Positions 55,993 through 64,000 of a stretch of DNA of 64,000 nucleotides are shown here, piece after piece. The translations under genes and the position numbers were made by a program. The DNA is from the human T2T-CHM13v2.0 reference genome, Homo sapiens: assembly GCF_009914755.1 (NCBI RefSeq), contig NC_060936.1. One strand, given 5' to 3'. The notes beneath the pieces were generated by a model that did no database searches, had not been told where the DNA came from, and saw nothing but the letters and a program-made list of their open reading frames with translations. Every line of letters begins with the position of its first letter. Position 1 is the stretch's first letter.

Positions 55993-58584
55993 TGATATGG
56001 TTTGCCTGTGTCCCCACCCAAATGTCAACTCGAATTGTATCTCCCAGAATTCCCATGTGTTAGGGGAGGGACTCAGCAGGAGGTAACTGAATCATGGGGG
56101 CCAGTCTTTCCCATGCTATTCTCGTGATAGTGAATAAGTCTCACAAGATCTGATGGGTTTATCAGGGGTTTCCACTTTTGCTTCTTCCTCATTTTCTCTT
56201 GCCACTGCCATGTAAGAAGTGCCGTTCGCCTCCCGCTATGATTCTGGGGCCTCCCAAGCCATGTGGAACTGTAAGTCCAATTAAACCTCTTTTTCTTCCC
56301 AGTCTCAGGTATGTCTTTATCAGCAGCGTGAAAACAGACTAACTAATACAGTAAATTGGTACCAGGAGAGTGGGGCATTGCTGAAAAGCTACCTGAAAAT
56401 GTGGAAGCGACTTTGGAACTGGGCAACAAGCAGAGATTGGAACAGTTTGAAGGGCTCACAAGAAGACAGGAAAATGTGGGAATGTTTGGAACTTCCTAGA
56501 GACTTGTTGAATAGCTTTGCCCAAAGTGCTGATAGTGATATGGACAATAAAATCCAGGTTGAGGTGTTCTCAGATGGAGATGAGGACCTTGTTGGGAACT
56601 GGCACAAAGGTGACTTTTGTTATATTTTTAGCAAAGAGACTGGTGGCATTTTGCCACTGCCCTAGAGATTTGTGGAACTTTGAACTTGAGAGAGATGATT
56701 TAGAGTATCTTGCAGAAGAAATTTCTAAGCAGCAAAGCATTCAAGAGGTGACTTGGGTACTGTTAAAGGCATTCAGTTTTTGTTTTTGTTTTTGTTTTTT
56801 GAGACGGAGTCTTGCTCTGTCACCCAGGCTGGAGTGCAGTGGCAGGATCTCGGCTCACTGCAAGCTCCGCCTCCCGGGTTCACGCCATTCTCCTGCCTCA
56901 GCCTGGGACTACAGGTGCCCGTCACCATGCCTGGCTAATTTTTTTATTTTTAGTAGAGACGGGGTTTCACCATGTTAGCCACGATGGTCTCGATCTCCTG
57001 ACCTCATGACCCGCCCGCCTTGGCCTCCCAAAGTGCTGGGATTACAGGCGTGAGCCACTGCGCCCGGCAGGCATTAAGTTTTATAAGGGAAGCAGAGCAT
57101 AAAAGTTTGGAAGATTTGCAGCCTGACTATGTGATAGAAAAGAAAAAAATCTCATTTTCTGAGGAGAAATTCAAGCCAGCTGCAGAAATTTGCATAAGTA
57201 GCAAGGAGCCTAATGTTAATCCCCAAGACCATGGGGGAAATGTCTCCAGACCATGTCAGAGACCTTCACGGCAGCCCCTCCCATCACAGGCCTGGAGATC
57301 CAGGAGAAAAAGTGGTTTTGTGGGCCAGGCCCAGGGTCCCCATGCTGTGTGCAGCCTACGGACTTGGTGCCCTGTGTCCCAGCAGCTCCAGCTGTGGCTG
57401 CAAGGAACCAACGTACAGCTTGGGCTGTGGCTTTGGCGAGTGGAAAACCCAAGCCTTGGCAGCTTCCAAGTGGTGTTGAATCTGTGGGTGCACGGAAGTC
57501 AAGAATTGAGGTTTGCCAACCTCCACCTAGATTTCAGAAGATGTATGAAAACACCTGGATGCCCAGGCAGAAGTTTGCTGCAGGGGAATGGCTCTCGTGA
57601 AGAACCTCTGGTAGGGCCATGGGGAAGGGAAATGTGGGGTTGGAGCCCCCACACAGAGTCCCAACTGGGACACTGCCTAGTGGAGCTGTGAGAAGAGGGT
57701 CACCATCCCCCAGGCCCCAGAATGGTAGATCTACTGACAGCTTTCACTATGTGTCTGGAAAAGCCACAGACACTCAACACCAGCCCATGAAAGCAGCTGG
57801 GAGGGAGGCTGTACCCAGCAAAGCCACAGGGGCGGAGCTGCCTAAGACCGTAGGAACCAACCTCTTACATCAGTATGACCTGGATGTGAGACCTGGAGTC
57901 AAAGGAGATCGCTTTGGAGCTTTAAAATGTGACTGCCCCACAGGATTTCGGACTTCCATGGGCCCTGTAACCCCTTTATTTTGGCCAATTTCTCCCATTT
58001 GGAATGGCTGTATTTACCCAATACCTGTACCCCCATTGTATCTAGGAAGTAACTAGCTTGCTTTTAATTTTACAGGCTCATACACAGAAGGGACTTGCCT
58101 TGTCTCAGATTAGACTTTGGACTGTGAATTTTTGGGTTAATGCTGAAATGAGCTAAGACTTTGGGGGACTGTTGGGAAGGCATGATTGGTTTTGAAATGT
58201 GTAGATATGAGATTTGGAGGGGCCAGAGGCAGTATGATATGGTTTGGCTGTGTCCCCACCCAATGTCAACTCAAATTGTAGCTCCTAGAATTTCCATGTG
58301 TTGTGAGAAGGACCCAGGGGAGATAATTGAATCATGGGGGCCGGTCTTTCCTGTGCTATTCTCATGATAGTGAATAAGTCTTATGAGATCTGATAGGTTT
58401 TTCAGGAGTTTCCGCTTTTGCCTCTTCCTCATTTTCTCTTGCCACCACCATGTAAGAAGTGTCTTTCGCCTACCACCATGATTCTGAGGCCTCCCCAGCC
58501 ATGTGGAACTGTAAGTCCAACTAAACATTTTTCTTCCCAGTCTTGGGTATGTCTTTATCAGCAGCATGAAAATGGACTAATACA
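55993..58584 (+). mobile_element. Full-length THE1A (ERVL-MaLR): LTR 55993-56350, internal region, LTR 58235-58584
   Basis: Two TGATATGG…ACTAATACA LTRs, THE1 internal sequence, purine tract before the 3' LTR, perfect 5-bp TSD CCAAC (55988-55992, 58585-58589). Confidence 0.93.
56777..57068 (-). mobile_element. AluY nested in the THE1 internal region
   Basis: Y diagnostics; TSD aggcatt(c/a)agtttt at 56767 and 57069. Confidence 0.95.
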
Positions 58585-59250
58585 CCAACCTTGGGAAACT
58601 TCATTGCCTGACCATTTCCCTAGTTTCTTCAATTGGAAACGAGGGGAAGCTGCTCATCCCCACCAATTGTTGTGCCCCAAAGAAGGGCAGCGTGGTCCTC
58701 CTGCTAATTTAGTTGGTAAACTTGGGCCCAATCAAGTAAAAAAAAGAAGAAAAAAAAATCCCTATGGCTATTCTTAAAGAAGACCCCTCAAGAAATAAAA
58801 GAACATGGTTCTGGGTCCTTTCCCACTCCCAAAGGAGAGCAGCTCCATTTTTATGATTTATATAAAATGATGTTCTGAAGACTGGGGGTTAGGGGAGAGA
58901 ATGAGGAAGTGGAATGTTTCTTTGATGAAGGAACACTCACCACCCACTAGGGGCTTCCCTGTGTTACATTCAGACTATTGTCAGTTCCTGGGCTTTCAGG
59001 GACTAAGCTGGTACAGTAGTGAGCTCCCCTTGCCAGCTACAGCACTGGACCAGTCCAACAAAATATATTTTGAGGCTGAAGATCAAACAACTTAGTGAAT
59101 AATGGAAGCTCCTGTAGGCTCCTGTACCCTGTGGGAACCTAGAAGAGTATGGTAGGACAGCAACATAAGAGCCATTTTCTGGCTTCAAATGGGAGCTCTA
59201 GGGCTCTGATTGGAGATGCCAGACTTTATCACCCGTAAGAAAGTCATTCT

Positions 59251-59570
59251 CGCCGGGTGCGGCAGCTCATGCCTGTAATCCCAGCACTTTGGGAGGCAGA
59301 GGCGAGTGGATCACCTGAGGTCGGGAGCTCGAGACCAGCCTGACCGACATGGAGAAACCCCGTCTCTACTAAAAAATACAAAATTAGCTGGGTGTGGTGG
59401 CACATGCCTGTAATCCCAGCTACTCGGGGGCTGAGGTAAGAGAATCGCTTGCACCTGGCGGGGCGGAGGTTGCAGTGAGCCAAGAGCACGCCATTGCACT
59501 CCAGCCTGGGCAACAAGAGCAAAACCCCATCTCAAAAAAACAAAACAAAACAAAAGAACAAACAAAAAAA
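59251..59570 (+). mobile_element. Alu (AluSp/Sq-like)
   Basis: gaggtcggg…ctgaccgacatggag; TSD gaaagtcattctc. Confidence 0.95.
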
Positions 59571-60038
59571 CCAGGAAAGTCATTCTCTGACCCACCCCCA
59601 GCCCACCTTGGGAAGGATACTATTTAATAGTGACTTAAATTCCTCTTAGGGTAGGGAAGGTCCATCTTGTCTTGGCTTATTCAGGGCAGTGGAAGCTTTA
59701 CCCACTTCCTACTCTTCTTCATGTTATTGAAGCCCAGTTAAAATGAACCAACTTAGAATATAAAATTATTTTAATATTTCTTCATCTGACTTCTAATCCC
59801 ATTGTTCTTTTTGCTGTATCTGAAGATAGTCCCAACTTCTCAAATATGTTATTAATTTCTGGGCTGTAAAATGAATATGGAAGAGGGACTCAAATTTTGT
59901 AAATGCTGTGGGGTTACAAATCACCAATTGTCCTCTGCCTCTGTGTTGCCTCAGCCTACCGCAAGACCTCCCTACACACACACACACACAGACACACACA
60001 TCCCTGAAGTCACTCTAAATATCAGTAATTATGAAGTT

Positions 60039-60445
<407 letters not shown>

Positions 60446-63324
60446 CTAGAGTGGGGCTGGCAATAAAACTATCAGAGAAGAGAGAAACCATATGTTCTGA
60501 GGTAAAATTTAACAGAATAAAGAAATTTCCAGCCCTTGAAAATGCCCAGAAGCTTCCAAGCAGACCCTCCTTAAAAGTTTCCATCTACTGTCTTTTATTA
60601 AACCCTGGTATTCCTCAAATGTGAAATTCCTTTCTGAATTGTTAAAATATTTTTATAAATAAAAAAACTCAATTAATTTTGAGTAGCTCAAAAGTATCTT
60701 TTCTACAATTTCTAAAGTAAAGATGCTACATTTTAGGTTATAAGTTTTTGCCACCAGGTGTGACTCTAACTATTCTTCATATCTTTTGTTCGCTCAAACG
60801 TGTCCCAAATTTGAAAAAAATTGACTTTTGGACAATTTCTAATAAGCATTTGGGTGGTCCTGAGCAGGAGGAACTTCTAGTTTGTGAAGTAGCTAAGGAA
60901 AACATCTTAGGCAATTTTTAGTTCCAAGAACTTAGCCTGACCAAGTAACCTGACTTGCAGCTTAGGCGTTTAATTAGGAGCAATTTGGACACCAGAGTTC
61001 CGATTCTGCTCTTGGTGCCATCTTTTTCTTTGGGGAAGTGTTCTGCTTACAGCCTATATTTTGTGAACATCGTTTCCTGTATATCTTTGTGTCTAATACG
61101 GCACTTCAAACATAGTAGGCATTTGGAAATTGCTCCCTGAACTGAATTAAATGCAAGGTTAATTCATGGTTGTACATGATCAGAGTTGGAGTAAAAAATG
61201 AAATAAAATGAAAAGCACTATCAATTAATCAGGTTAAGTCATGTCAAGCGATCATTAAGTTTTCGATGATCTTGCAGATCTTTGAGAGAATGCGGATCTC
61301 GGGGCATTTTCAGTTGTGTGCACTGACACGTGAATGTGTGTGTGCCCTCACATAAGTTCTTACATAGCAGAAGGAAGGAAGTTGTGAAAGGGGAGAAAAT
61401 AGAGCTATTGACTGCAGAGCCATAAAGCTGTTTTTAGAATGACTGCTTCTGTTGTATTGGGGAACGCTTCCTTTGAGAGGGGGTATATTATGCATCCTCT
61501 TTCCATTAAGTCTATTTTTGGAAGAAATTACAGAAGATAATATATTACCAGCTCCCAGGGATCTCTTATCAACATAGCCTCTGTTCTCATAACACACCTG
61601 CTTAGAGCAAAATAAATTATTCTGTCCTCAGGAATGCCAACCCCAGACAATCAAAATCTTCACTAAATCCCTGTATTTATTAGGGAAGCTCGGATTTTTG
61701 AAAAGTGTTAACTCCGCCCCTAAAAGCAGTAAGCGAGAGCTAACAACAGTGGAGTCTTGTGGTTGAGCATTCAATCAGCTTCAACAGGGGCAAAGTCTAG
61801 GAATTGTTTTCAAAACAGTGTGGGGCTTCCTACTCAGGGGGAGGATTTATCTGCATTTGGCAATTACTCCAGTTACCTTGGAACAAGAAATTTACTTCTC
61901 AGTAGTTTTGCAAATTAAGTGTTTAACTTCGTCTCTATAGAATTAATGCCTCGGAGGTGGGGAGAGGGAGGCAGAGGAGAGGCTTTCAAGGCCAGTTCAC
62001 AAGTTTGACACTTAAAGTGATAGTAGCAAGTTTTTCTCTAACTGCAAGAGTGTGAAGTTCTGTTTCCACCTAATTGCAGTTTGCATCCTGCAAGTGTATT
62101 GATTTAGACATTAAAACAACTTAAATGTTTAGCAGTAAAAAGTTGTTTAATCATTAAACCACTACCATTTTCTTTCGCCCTTTAAACCTGCTTTCAATCA
62201 GCAAATGCTGATTTGGATGCTGGTTTACAGTCTCATTAACCATGAAGATCACAAAGGAAAGGTTGTGGCAGCAGTGGGAAGCTCTGAAGCACCCTCATTG
62301 TCACAGGAAACATTCAGTGAGACATTCAGCTGTCTCACAACACACACAGCTCTGAGAGAGGTTTGGGTGACAGAAATGCAGCCTCCAGTTCCAGAAGCAG
62401 CACGCTGTTCATTCCAGGAAAGGAAAAAAAAAGTGCTTTTCTGCGTGACCATGTTGATCACTGTTACCATGCAGTAATCAGGGGTCTTTTTGCCACTTAA
62501 GTGTAATGGGAGGAGGGTATATCATTGGAGACTCCTAGGTGAATGGCGTGGATGTTACTCTTTTGCAAAGCAAGGAGGAGTTGCAGTGTTTCATGGCCTT
62601 CTTTCAACACACGGGAATTTTATCACTCATTTTAGACACACAACTTAACACCATTTTCAAACTGAGTTCCAGCCCTGGATTGTTTTTTTACAAAATGGCC
62701 CCTTTCCCCTCATAGTGGGATGGCCATGGGTGCCCATTAATTGCTACACTTATAGGAACTGAATTTATTCCCTTCATGGTAGAAAAACCAAGCCTATTTT
62801 CTGAAACTTAATCCTGTGAGCTACCATCCACGGCCATACCAGGCTCCAGGAAGGGATCACAACTTTCTGAAGAGATGAATTGCTGCTTTAACAAAGGCTA
62901 CGTGTGCCTTTTGATTCCATATTCTGCCTCCACTAGATGTTTGGTTTTGCTGCCAAATATAAAAACCACACTGGAAAAGACAGTTCTTCACTTTTAAGTG
63001 GCTGTGTGATAGAAAATTGGTAATTAGTTCAGTTTTGAGGAAGACAGGGACAAACTCTTCTTTACGTTTTATAAAATCACAAATTATGACAGTGATCTCC
63101 ATTTGAGATGGAGAAATGGAAACCTAGCAAGTTCCAGAGACTTGCCCAAGATCTTGTAGCTAATTATTAGAAGCAGGAAATGGGTTAGAAACCAGAACCC
63201 TGATTTACAGCTAATTGTATTTTCGGCTATCCAAACATCTTTACTGGATTAATACAAACTTCTCTTGTCCTCAGGTAATACAAATACCTGTCCTCATAGA
63301 AAATAAAGGCTTATTGGTCTGTCT

Positions 63325-63353
63325 CTTTCTCTCTGTCTCTCTCTCTCTTTGTA

Positions 63354-63390
<37 letters not shown>

Positions 63391-63540
63391 TTTTTATATA
63401 TGTATGTATATATAAAATATATATGTATATATGTATGTATATACATACATATTTCTGTCACCCAAAATATGTATGTGAGTATATATATATGTATGTATGT
63501 ATATATGTGTATATATTATATATTTTATAAAGATATATAT
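63325..63540. repeat. Compound (CT)n-(TG)n-(TA)-rich microsatellite
   Basis: Read directly. Confidence 0.9.
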
Positions 63541-63541
63541 T

Positions 63542-64000
63542 CAATCATACATTGCTTAACAATAGGGGTACATTCTGAGAAATGCATCTTTAGGCAATTT
63601 CATTGTTGTGTTAGCATCAAAGAGTGTATTTACACAAACCTAGATAGTACAGCCTACTGCACATCTAGGCTAAATGGTGCATCCCATTGCTCCTAAGCTA
63701 CAAACCTGTACAGCATGTTACTGTACTGAAACTGTAGGCAATTGTAACACAATAGTAAGTATTTGTGTATCAAAACATATCTAAACATAGAAAAGGTACA
63801 GTAAAAATACAGCATAAAAGATTTTAAAATGGTACACCTGTATAGGGCACTTACCATGGATGGAAATTGCCAGACTGGAAGTTGTGGTTGCTCTGGGTGA
63901 GTCAGTGAGTGAGTGGTGAGTGAATGTGACAGCCTAGAACATTACTGTACACTATGCAGACTTTGTAAACACAGTACACTTGGGCTACACTAAATTTATA
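63542..64000 (+). mobile_element. Tigger3 (Golem)-like DNA transposon, continues past the window end
   Basis: cattctgagaaatgcatc…acacaaacctagat…ctacaaacctgtacagcatgttactgtactgaa matches recalled Tigger3. Confidence 0.85.

Noticed and set aside
56378-58777. Long ORFs up to 223 aa
   Set aside because: Fragments of THE1 internal, LTR and Alu sequence, interrupted by stops, frameshifts and an AluY.
60750-60765. CTCF-like CCACCAGGTG (similar at about 62930)
   Set aside because: The 3' half departs from consensus; cannot be supported without ChIP data.

Overview
Human (primate) genomic DNA lying within the large third intron of HMGA2 (gene on the + strand). No constitutive HMGA2 exon is present. 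The identification rests on five phase-0 alternative terminal exons whose translated tails match, from memory, HMGA2 splice-variant C-termini: LQN* (3001), PTIALCTHWINIC* (9517), WLLMKSPCW* (17268), an Alu-derived 64-aa tail (50243) and DNLLPRTSSKKKTSLGNSTKRSH* (50582, the short HMGA2 isoform). Three minus-strand exons with canonical splice signals (about 17243-17790, 12511-12657, 2316-2466) fit the antisense lncRNA HMGA2-AS1. The rest is mostly transposon-derived: 18 Alus, L2/MIR relics, an L1PA2-like 3' end, a full-length THE1A, Tigger and hAT DNA elements, and a MER41 fragment. Most ORF-track entries are repeat artefacts. The best leads are: (1) a 22-bp perfect inverted repeat pairing an antisense 3' splice site with a distal sequence, competing with a local hairpin; (2) antisense and sense splice signals interleaved at 17237-17267; (3) an apparently L1-retroposed MER41 3' end retaining tandem STAT (GAS) sites; (4) a candidate poison micro-exon at 32129-32173. 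All are hypotheses from sequence inspection alone; repeat subfamily calls and coordinates were made by eye.
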